Assembly: GCA_964652745.1 (NCBI GenBank)
Contig: CAZZBQ010000001.1
Location: forward strand, 16,029-75,401
Length of the DNA: 59,373 nt
Origin: an uncultured Gammaproteobacteria bacterium
GTDB taxonomy: Bacteria; Patescibacteriota; Patescibacteriia; Patescibacteriales; UBA12465
Direction: 5' to 3'
A program made the position numbers and the translations under genes. The notes below the pieces were generated by a model. That model saw nothing but the letters and a program-made list of their open reading frames with translations. It was not told the DNA's origin and searched no databases. Below, piece after piece: positions 19,545 through 28,400 of the stretch (its first letter is position 1; every line of letters starts with the position of its first letter).

Positions 19545-20912
19545 ATGCCCAGAAGGAAGAAGAGTACACCTGAAACATCAATTGTAAAGACAGAAAGAAA
19601 GAGCGATAAAACACCCGATAGACTTTTAGGAATGAAGGATTTTTCAGGCACTGAACAGATTTGTTTTGATTTGGCTCTAGAAAAAGCTAATAAGTTAGCA
19701 CAGCTGTATGGATTTTCTTCTGTCAGAACCCCAATATTAGAGAGTTTTGATTTATACAAAAAATCATCTCGTCATGATAGTGATAAAGAAATATACTTAG
19801 TTGATGGTGAGAAGAGTGAAAAAACGGTAATGCGTCCCGAGATAACTCAAGGAATAATTCGTTCTTATTTAGAAAATAGTTTACAGACGGAGATAACAAC
19901 CGCTCATCTGTTTTCTATTGGTTCTATTTTTCGTCGAGAAAAATTACAGAGCGGTCGTTATCGTGAATCAACTCAGTTTGATTTAGAAATTATTGGTGAA
20001 AAAAAGCCGATGGCTGAGGCTTTACTGATTATGATAGCTAACAATTTTTTTGAGGAGATGCAGGTTTCCGCACAGCTGCAAATAAATAGCTTGGGTGATG
20101 CGGAATGTCGTAAAAGCTATTGTACGAAATTATCTAATTTTTATAAGGAAAGAGGTAATCGCTCTAAATTATGTAATGCTTGTAAAAATAATTTAGGCAA
20201 AAACTCTTTAAGCCTATTGGACTGTAAAGAAGAGTCTTGTTTAAAATTACGCGAAGAAGCGCCACAAATTGCAGACTTCCTTTCAGATGCTAGTCGTGAA
20301 TATTTAGCTAAGACTTTAGAATTTTTAGATGAGCTTAATATTAGCTATAATTTTAATCCATATTTAGTTCGTGGCTTAAATTATTATAATGATATTGTTT
20401 TTGAGTTTTGGCCGGTTAATGATGACGGGGGTGTTGGACGTTTAGCGCTTGCTGGCGGTGGCCGCTATGACGGATTAATTGAAACTTTGGGCGGACAATC
20501 CATGCCGGCTGCTGGCATCGCAATTGGACTAGAAAGAGTTATCGGCCGCATTAAAGATAAGCAATCTTTGACAAATAAAACCGAACAAGATATAGTATTT
20601 ATTGCTCAGTTGGGTGATCAGGCAAAACTGAAAGCCTTGCAGCTATTTGAAGACTTGCGTAAAGCCGGTTTTAACGTAAGACAAGCGTTGGCTTCTGACA
20701 GTCTTAAGCTTCAAATTGAAGAAGCGACGGCCATGAAGGCAACAACTTGTTTAATATTAGGTAAAAAAGAAATAATGGACGGAACCATTCTTATGAGAGA
20801 TATGGATTCTGGTGCTCAAGAAACTCTAGTATTTAAGAAAGTTAAAGAAAGGTTGTCACGTAAGGACAGATATGATAAAAAACTAAGTCTTAGAAAGGGA
20901 GGTGTATACTAA
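19545..20912 (+). CDS. hisS: Histidine--tRNA ligase with a Lys-rich N-terminal extension
   Basis: Class II motifs including FSIGSIFRRE and AGGGRYDGL, plus a C-terminal anticodon-binding domain. The stop overlaps the rpsU start (TAATG). Confidence 0.92.
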   Translation: MPRRKKSTPETSIVKTERKSDKTPDRLLGMKDFSGTEQICFDLALEKANKLAQLYGFSSVRTPILESFDLYKKSSRHDSDKEIYLVDGEKSEKTVMRPEITQGIIRSYLENSLQTEITTAHLFSIGSIFRREKLQSGRYRESTQFDLEIIGEKKPMAEALLIMIANNFFEEMQVSAQLQINSLGDAECRKSYCTKLSNFYKERGNRSKLCNACKNNLGKNSLSLLDCKEESCLKLREEAPQIADFLSDASREYLAKTLEFLDELNISYNFNPYLVRGLNYYNDIVFEFWPVNDDGGVGRLALAGGGRYDGLIETLGGQSMPAAGIAIGLERVIGRIKDKQSLTNKTEQDIVFIAQLGDQAKLKALQLFEDLRKAGFNVRQALASDSLKLQIEEATAMKATTCLILGKKEIMDGTILMRDMDSGAQETLVFKKVKERLSRKDRYDKKLSLRKGGVY

Positions 20913-21142
20913 TGGCAGATTTTAAAAGAAAACCAGGAGAAAGTTTTGAAAGCTTTCTTAGAAAATTTAAGAAAGGCTTAAAAAACAGCAAAAGATTGGA
21001 AAAGGCCAGGTCTAAACAACATTTAGTGCCTAAAAAAACTAAGCGTCTTTTCAAAAAGCGGGCTTTATCAGGTTTAGCGCTTAGTAAGAAAAACGAATTA
21101 TTACGCAAAACTGGCAAGCTCCCCGAAACTACTAGAAGATAA
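20912..21142 (+). CDS. rpsU: 30S ribosomal protein S21
   Basis: 76-aa basic protein with ESFESFLRKFKK...RKTGKL, like S21. A strong SD GGAGGTG (20898-20904) lies 7 nt upstream of the ATG. Confidence 0.85.
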   Translation: MADFKRKPGESFESFLRKFKKGLKNSKRLEKARSKQHLVPKKTKRLFKKRALSGLALSKKNELLRKTGKLPETTRR

Positions 21143-21162
21143 TATTTTTAATTTTTAGTATC

Positions 21163-21191
21163 AAAAAACGTCTCATTACGAGACGTTTTTT
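21163..21191. terminator. Bidirectional Rho-independent terminator between rpsU (+) and rel (-)
   Basis: AAAAAACGTCTC / GAGACGTTTTTT around a 5-nt loop. The A-run and T-run flanks allow function on both strands. Confidence 0.85.
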
Positions 21192-21211
21192 GTTTGGTAA
21201 TTATTTTAAAA

Positions 21212-22678
21212 TTACTTGTTTATGCCAGGGATAAATCGTTTAATATTTTCTAGGGTTGATTTTTTGGCGTGTTGTTTAATTTGGTCGCGTGCACGCTTGG
21301 TTTTTACAAATTTTAGCCAGTCCTTATTTGGGTGTTGGCGGTTTTTTTCAATAATTATTTCTACCATATCACCATTTTTTAATTCTTGATCCAAACGTCC
21401 CAGTTTATCATTTATTAATACGCCAGAGGCTTTGTTGCCGACATTGCCATGGATAGCATAGGCAAAATCAATCGGGGTTGATTTTTCTGGTAGTTCAAAG
21501 ACATCACCTTTTGGAGAGAAGACGAAAATTCGGTCTCGAAAAATATCCATTTTAACATTTTTGACCAGCTCTGAAGTGTTGGTAATTTCTTTTTGAATAT
21601 CAACGATTTCTTTAATCCAACGCGGTTGCTGGTAATTATCGGTGCTACCTTTAGATTTGTAATACCAGTGGGCGGCAATACCATATAAAGCTTCTTCATG
21701 CATTTCTTTAGTTCGGATTTGAAATTCTGTTGGTTTTCCTTCAGGTCCAAAAATGGTTGTGTGTAAAGAACGATAGCCGTTTGGTTTAGGGACGGCAATA
21801 TAGTCTTTAAAGCGATTTGGTTTTGGCTTCCAAATAGTGTGGATAACACCTAGAACTTTGTAACAGTCATCAATGGTGGGCACAATAATACGCATGGCAA
21901 AGACATCATAAATTTCGTTGAATTTTCTGTCTTTTTCTTGCATTTTTTTAAAAATGCTGTATAAGTGCTTGAAGCGCGCTTCTATTTCATATTTGATTCC
22001 AGCTTCTTCGAGTTTTGGTTTTAAAATACCACGTACATTTTGGAAAAAACGCTGTCTTTCAACTTTTTTTTCAACTTCGTATTTATATTCTAATTCATTA
22101 AATTTTTCTGGATAAAGATGTTTGAAGCAAATATCCTCCATTTGCCACTTCAAGCGCTCAATACCTAGTAAGCCGGCAACGGGAGCGTATATCTCTAGGG
22201 TTTCGGCGGCTATCCTTCGTTTTTTATCGGGAGGTAGAGATTCTAAGGTGCGTAAATTATTTAGACGATCACAAAATTTAATAAAGATAACACGTAAATC
22301 GCTAGTCATGGCGAGAAACATTTTTTTTAGATTTTCTCTATAACGTTCAATGCCACGATATTTTATTTTACTTAATTTAGTTACACCGCTTACTAGGCTG
22401 GCAACTTCGGCGCCGAATTCCATTTCCACCTCTTCTATGGTTTTTTCAGTATCTTCAGGGACATCATGTAGAATTCCAGCTGCTACGGTTGGCAAATCGG
22501 CCCTAATTTCGGCAAGAATATAGGCGGTGTGTAGGGGGTGCTGGATATAAGGCTCGCCATTTTTTCTTAATTGTCCAGCATGAGCGACATCAGCAAAAAG
22601 AAAGGCTTTTTTTAATAGGTCGGCGTCTACTCCAGGGTTGTTGTCAATAAATTTTTTAATTATCCTTTCTATGGTCAT
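21212..22678 (-). CDS. rel: Short bifunctional-type RelA/SpoT homologue (HD hydrolase + synthetase + TGS, with no domains after TGS)
   Basis: HD region HPLHTAYIL...GILHDVPEDT, synthetase YRSLHTTI...EFQIRT, and TGS IFVFSPKGDVFELPEKSTPIDFAY. At 488 aa it ends about 45 aa after TGS. Confidence 0.92.
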   Translation of the reverse strand: MTIERIIKKFIDNNPGVDADLLKKAFLFADVAHAGQLRKNGEPYIQHPLHTAYILAEIRADLPTVAAGILHDVPEDTEKTIEEVEMEFGAEVASLVSGVTKLSKIKYRGIERYRENLKKMFLAMTSDLRVIFIKFCDRLNNLRTLESLPPDKKRRIAAETLEIYAPVAGLLGIERLKWQMEDICFKHLYPEKFNELEYKYEVEKKVERQRFFQNVRGILKPKLEEAGIKYEIEARFKHLYSIFKKMQEKDRKFNEIYDVFAMRIIVPTIDDCYKVLGVIHTIWKPKPNRFKDYIAVPKPNGYRSLHTTIFGPEGKPTEFQIRTKEMHEEALYGIAAHWYYKSKGSTDNYQQPRWIKEIVDIQKEITNTSELVKNVKMDIFRDRIFVFSPKGDVFELPEKSTPIDFAYAIHGNVGNKASGVLINDKLGRLDQELKNGDMVEIIIEKNRQHPNKDWLKFVKTKRARDQIKQHAKKSTLENIKRFIPGINK

Positions 22679-22771
22679 AAATAGTTTTTATTTTGGCATG
22701 CTTATGTTATAATAAAAATATAATATAGTATAGCATTAAAAGGAGTATTTTTAAAGTTCTCCTAAGAAAAA

Positions 22772-25435
22772 ATGTTGAAAAGAAAAAAGATAATTTTCGG
22801 CTTTTTTTTGGCATTAGTCGCCTTATTAGTCGCCAATATTTCTCAGGCGCAAGATTTTGGCGTTGACTCCATTGAAAGTACGATTGCTTTATCAAACAGC
22901 GACCCTCGAGCTATCGTTGGACGCATTATTCAGATTGTTCTAAGTTTGCTCGGCGTTATTACTCTTGGACTCATGATTTATGCTGGATTTCTTTGGATGA
23001 CATCGGGTGGCGAAGAGGAAAAAATACGAAGTGCGAAAAATATTTTAAAGAATGCAATTATTGGTTTAGTAATTATTCTCTCCTCTTGGGCAATAACAAC
23101 TTTTCTTCTTTCTAAATTGATGGGGGCTATTTCTGGGAATGGTTCAGATTTACCTAGTGGTAGTATTAGAGAAAATTTTAGTGTTGGCTTGGGGGCTATA
23201 GGGTCTTGTTCGGTACAAGATGTTTATCCGGAAAATAATCAAAAAGACGTTCCACGCAACACTTCTATTATTCTGACTTTTAAAGAAGAGATTGATTTAT
23301 CATCAGCTTGTGTTGATACTTCTGGTTCGGCCTGTGCTTGTGATAATGGCGCCTGCGCTCTTATTAATCCAAATAGTATTAGAATATATAAACAAGATTT
23401 GAATGATGCTTGCACCTCTTCTTGCCCTAGCCCTAATTCTAATGTTACTGACGTTTCGGTTGCCGTGTCAGCCGACAAGAGAACTGTAATACTTTCCCCG
23501 CTTAGTTATTTAGGAACCGCTGAAAACAACACAGACTACATAGTGAAAATTACTTCTGATTTTAAAAAAGCTGATGGCACTTCTATGTTTAGCACCTGTA
23601 GTGCTAATGAACTTATCTGGACTTTTGAAATTGGCTCTCGTTTAGATTTAACGCCGCCGCAAGTAGTTTCTAAATTTTTATTTCCTTTGCCCGATAACGC
23701 CAAAGATGTAGTTACTACCAGTGTTTCAGCTGCTAACGCTACAGCAGAAATTTTTGTAAATAGTTGTCCTAAAATATATAAGCCGGCGGCAGTAAACAAT
23801 GTTTCTCCTGAGGCGGAGGTTATTTTGAATTACCATGGAGTTATTAATCGCTTTATTGTTTCAGTGCCCGCAGACGAACCTAATCGTGCACAGCTTTTTA
23901 ATCTCAATACCAGCGCCTTATTAGGGGTGGCTGATTTTGATGCTGACAATAAAGTTATTTTTGATGGATATTTTAGTCTTAAAGTTGATAGTCATGAAGC
24001 CGGTAATTCGTGGGAGGTTGAGATAACTCCCGAACAGCTCGCTGATACCCTTACGGTTGGTAATATTAAATATTCTTTTGCGTCTACCGGAGAGAATAAT
24101 AACATTATTGTTAGAGAGGGTACTTGTAATGTTGATAATCAAGCCATGGATATTCAGGCTAAATTAAGTGGGCATCCTGATATTAATATTTCTCGTACGG
24201 GTAGCCGCGTTTCTTTAGAGGCTAAAGTTTCTGGTAGCGTTGCTAATAGTTTAATACTTAGCACAAGCAATTCTAGTGCTTTAGGGCTCACGGCTTTTTC
24301 TGGCGGGGCTGATGAAAAAATTTCTTATGTTATTAATGATAAGCGAGACGTTGCAATGAATGCGGTTGTTAAGTTTACTTTTAATGAACCAATGAACCCG
24401 GTTACCTTATCTGGTTCGGCTGCTGAAGTTTCTCCTTATTTGCGCTTAATTAATGCGGCTGGTGGAAATTCGTCAGGAGCAGCTTGTTCGGTAAATTCAG
24501 AGTGCCTTTCTTATAAGTGTGACGGTGGCACGTGTGTTGGTAATTATTTGAATGGACATTTCGCTATTTCTAATGGTTATAAGACAGTAGAGTTTATTTC
24601 TGATAATGAATGTGGAATTAATGGTTGTGGTGAAAAAATATATTGCTTGCCATCAAATAGTAACTTAGCTTTAGAGGTAAAAGCAGCTGGGCTAAAAACT
24701 TGCGCGAGCGATCAAGATTGTTCAGCTTCTAGTCCATATACATCGTGTGCCATGACTCCGCTTGGTTACCGTACCTGCCAAGATGCCGGTCAGCGTAATT
24801 ATCCCTTGGCTGATATTATTGCTATGAATGGCGTTACTGATACAGCATTTAATTCTTTGGACGGAAATAGAGATGCTTTAGCCGATGGCCCAATTTCTTA
24901 TTTTAATGAAAATAATGGGATCATTAGCAATCGTGATAGTTATCGTTTTTCATTTTTTGTTAATGATCAGAAAGAATTATCTTCGCCGCGTATAACCTCG
25001 ATTACTCCAGTCAATGGACAAACTGACATTACCACTTTAACCGATCCAGTGGAGATAACTTTTAATACCTTGATTATGTCCAGTACGCTGAAATCGGGTA
25101 GCACTGTTTTAGACGGCGCCCAGGGGCCAGTTGAACATAAATTTGTAAATTTAAAGAGCGCGGCTGCTAGTCCGCTTGGGTACTGGATATTATCAGAGGA
25201 TAAGGATGTTTCGCCTTTAGATGGCGTGACTGATTTAACGGTTGCCAGCATTAAGCATTCTGTATTTTCAGAATCTCTTTCCTATATTGCTCAGACTGGG
25301 TCGGGATTAAAAGATGTTTATCAGAATTGTTTTAAACCAAGTTCAGGACCTAGTTGTGAGGCAACTTGGGATAATCCATCTTGTTGTTTCGGGTTACCTT
25401 CTAATAATTTAGATGAAAATGGCAACTGCCAATAA
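22772..25435 (+). CDS. Giant surface protein 1: signal peptide, VirB2/TrbC-like pilin hairpin, Big_5/SbsA-like Ig domains and Cys-rich C-terminal region
   Basis: 887 aa. Signal ...VANISQAQ. Two hydrophobic helices flank TSGGEEEKI. Segments such as VQDVYPENNQKDVPRNTSIILTFKEEID look like Big_5 domains. About 26 Cys by hand count. Confidence 0.85.
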   Translation: MLKRKKIIFGFFLALVALLVANISQAQDFGVDSIESTIALSNSDPRAIVGRIIQIVLSLLGVITLGLMIYAGFLWMTSGGEEEKIRSAKNILKNAIIGLVIILSSWAITTFLLSKLMGAISGNGSDLPSGSIRENFSVGLGAIGSCSVQDVYPENNQKDVPRNTSIILTFKEEIDLSSACVDTSGSACACDNGACALINPNSIRIYKQDLNDACTSSCPSPNSNVTDVSVAVSADKRTVILSPLSYLGTAENNTDYIVKITSDFKKADGTSMFSTCSANELIWTFEIGSRLDLTPPQVVSKFLFPLPDNAKDVVTTSVSAANATAEIFVNSCPKIYKPAAVNNVSPEAEVILNYHGVINRFIVSVPADEPNRAQLFNLNTSALLGVADFDADNKVIFDGYFSLKVDSHEAGNSWEVEITPEQLADTLTVGNIKYSFASTGENNNIIVREGTCNVDNQAMDIQAKLSGHPDINISRTGSRVSLEAKVSGSVANSLILSTSNSSALGLTAFSGGADEKISYVINDKRDVAMNAVVKFTFNEPMNPVTLSGSAAEVSPYLRLINAAGGNSSGAACSVNSECLSYKCDGGTCVGNYLNGHFAISNGYKTVEFISDNECGINGCGEKIYCLPSNSNLALEVKAAGLKTCASDQDCSASSPYTSCAMTPLGYRTCQDAGQRNYPLADIIAMNGVTDTAFNSLDGNRDALADGPISYFNENNGIISNRDSYRFSFFVNDQKELSSPRITSITPVNGQTDITTLTDPVEITFNTLIMSSTLKSGSTVLDGAQGPVEHKFVNLKSAAASPLGYWILSEDKDVSPLDGVTDLTVASIKHSVFSESLSYIAQTGSGLKDVYQNCFKPSSGPSCEATWDNPSCCFGLPSNNLDENGNCQ
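22853..23125 (+). other. VirB2/TrbC-like pilin hairpin module (copy 1)
   Basis: aa 28-118: DPRAIVGRIIQIVLSLLGVITLGLMIYAGFLWMTSGGEEEKIRSAKNILKNAIIGLVIILSSWAITTFLL, i.e. helix, short polar loop, helix after a signal peptide. Confidence 0.65.
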
Positions 25436-25444
25436 TATAAATTT

Positions 25445-28400
25445 GTGTCTAAGAAAATATTTAAACAACTCGCCTCTTTAGTAGTAGTTCTGGGAGGAAT
25501 TTTTGCTTTCCGTTTAGTTTTTGCTCAGACTTTTGGGGTGGATGAAGTATCTTCTGGGTTAGGAGGCTCTCTTTCTGAAAGCGATCCGCGTGCTATTTTT
25601 ACGCGGATTATTAATGTTACTCTTGGTCTTCTGGGTGTTATTGCGCTAGGCCTTATTATTTATGCCGGTTTTTTGTGGATGACTTCTGGGGGCGAAGAGG
25701 AAAAGATATCCAAGGCTAAAAAGTTGTTAGTCAGTGCGGTTATTGGCTTAGGTATAATTCTTTCTTCTTGGGCGATTGCTTCATTTGTTTTGGATAGATT
25801 AAGTGATGCTACTAATGGTACAAATGGTGACAGTGGTTGCATTGATGGTACGACACGGTCTTGCGGTTGTAATGGGTCAATGACTTGTATTTCTGGTTCT
25901 TGGAGTGGTTGTGTTGGCTCGGACTGCTCTAGCTATTCGGCGGAACAATATTGCGACTCCAATTCTATTTTAGGCGGTTGCCAGGCTAGTGATAGCATCT
26001 GCTCTCCTCAGGATTACTGTGCTACTGATTGTACTTGCCAACCTAAGGGGGGGGCAGGTGATTCTTGTGATGCTGACAGCGATACGCCAACTTGTGATGC
26101 TAACAATAGTCTTTGTTCTGAATTTTTAACTTGTAATCTAGATACCTGTACTTGTTCGGGGCCGCCAGTCATTACTGGAATTAGTCCGGAAGGAGGATTT
26201 TGTCAAGAAAATATAAATAAATCTTGCCAACAAGATTCTGACTGTAATACTGTCTGTAATCAAGCTGCTCCTAATGGTGCCGTTGATAATTTTTTAACAA
26301 TTTTTGGTAGAAGTTTTGGTGAATATGATCCAGCTTCTAGTCAAGTTATATTTTTAGGAGGCAATCGTTTGGGGCGCAATCCTTCAGATATTAATCCAAT
26401 TTGTATAGACTCTTGGAGTGATAAACAAATAATTATTGCCATCCCAAGTGGAGTTAGTAGTGGTGGAATTAAAGTTATTAGACAAGACGGCCAAGAAGAT
26501 TCTACTAATAATGACTATGGTCCTATAATTGCTGATTTTGTCGCCAACACAATAGTGCGCCCAGGTTTGTGCCGTCTTACTCCAGAAATTGGAGGTTTGG
26601 GTACGGCCGCTACCTACCAAGGCAACAGTCTTTATGCCGGTAGAGCATATTTTGGTAACTACCAAACAAATGTTCAGGCTCTTGATTCTAGCTTTAGTCA
26701 TCCTAGCGGTTTATCTGGCACAGCCGCCGTTCCTAATATTAGGTCAGGCGAAGCTACTAGTTTCGTAATTAGCACTTTAGGCGGAAATCAAGAAAGAAGT
26801 AATTATTTATATTTTGATAAAGAAGCCGACCCTAAAGATGGTCCTTTTATAGTTTCATTTTCGCCAACAACTGGAAGATCAGGGCAATACGTTACTATTA
26901 CTGGTAGCGGATTTGGTGGTGCACGTGGTAATTCAAAAGTTTATTTTGGTGGCGCTGAAGCTGATTATTCTTTCCCGCCGGTTTGTGCCAGTTCTGTTTG
27001 GAGCGATAATCAGATAATTGTGAAGGTACCGGAAGCAGCCGCTAATGGCTATAATTATATTCGTGTAGAATTAGCTAGTGGCGTAATAGATACTAGTCAA
27101 TTAAATCCTAATTCATTTAACGTTGATAGTAGTTTATCTTTGAAGACAAGTTTGTGTAAGATTGATCCTGCTCAAGGAGCAGCTTCTACTCCTGTAAAAT
27201 TGTATGGTGAATATTTTGGCCCAACCGGGCAAGCTGGTTTAGTTCAGTTTAGTGTTAACAAAAATATTTCCGGTGTTATTAATCAGGAAAATGGAGCTGA
27301 TATTATTACCGCTTCTGTTCCCGAGGGAGCAGTTACTGGCCCGGTAAAGGTAGTTAAAAATAATGAATGGGGCAATGATTTAAATTTTGAAGTTGGTAGC
27401 TGCGCTGGTAATGATAGTTGCCCTGGCAGTCAGGTTTGTTGCCCAGGAAATACTTATAAGAAAGGGCGCTGTGTGGCCAGTCTTAATGATTGTTTAATTG
27501 ATATTCCTAATTCCGTTTTTGAATGGAATTTTAGCACTGGCTATACTCAGAGAGATATCGTAGATCCAACTGAAAGTTGTTCCACGCTAGCCGATTACGC
27601 CGGTGCTTGTCAAGTAGATTCTTTCTGCCCTAATACAACCGGAGTTTGCTCGCCTTATGCGGGTAATAGTAAAAAAGTAGTAGGTAGTTGTGATTATTCT
27701 TGTGCTTCTGTGACTGGTTGTGACGCCTTCCAATCATCTTGCTTTTACGACGCTTCAATTAATAAGTGTGTTAAGTCAGGTGCCGACGGTTTATGTAGTT
27801 TATCAGAATCTAGAACATTTAGTTTGGGTGAACAAACTATTCAAGCCACCGTTACTTGTAACCAAGATGGTAATTGGCAATTTACCACACTTACCTCTTG
27901 TCCCAGTGGTTGGACAAAGGGAATAAATAATATTTGTACAGACGAAAGTTCTGTTTGCAGTTTATGTAAAGATGGCTTGACTTGTGAAAGAGTTGGGTCT
28001 GATGGTCGTTGTGTTTCTCAGGGAGTTTGTCCAACTGGCTCATTGTGTGAAGATAATCCCGATATGGCGGCTGCCGATAGATGTATTGCTTATGATTTGC
28101 CTAGTTGTGATTGCTGCTGTCGGATTGGTAATAGCGCACAAGATTGTTGCGCTCCTTTAGAGTGTTCTGGCACCTGTGGAACTGATCAGGCAGATGATGG
28201 TGCTGGTTTAGGACAGTGTTCAGGTTGCGCCAATGTTGGTAGCACCCAAGCAGAACATGACGCGGCTTGTAATTGTTCAGGCAAGAGTGGACAATATTGC
28301 AGTATTACTTCGGAAAATCCTCAAGGGGTGTGTACTGATTGTACTGGGCTGCAAACACAATCAGATTGTGCTGATCACAGCGCGGCCTGTTGTTTTGATG

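Noticed and set aside
21415-21849. 144-aa minus-strand ORF in an alternative frame inside rel
   Set aside because: It is fully nested in the RelA/SpoT gene, whose frame carries all the conserved motifs, and it has no independent signal.
22740-22764. AAGGAG upstream of giant gene 1, with a complementary CTCCT 14 nt downstream (possible SD-sequestering hairpin)
   Set aside because: The AAGGAG is 26 nt from the ATG, too far to serve as an SD. The 5-bp stem with a 14-nt loop is too weak to argue for regulation.
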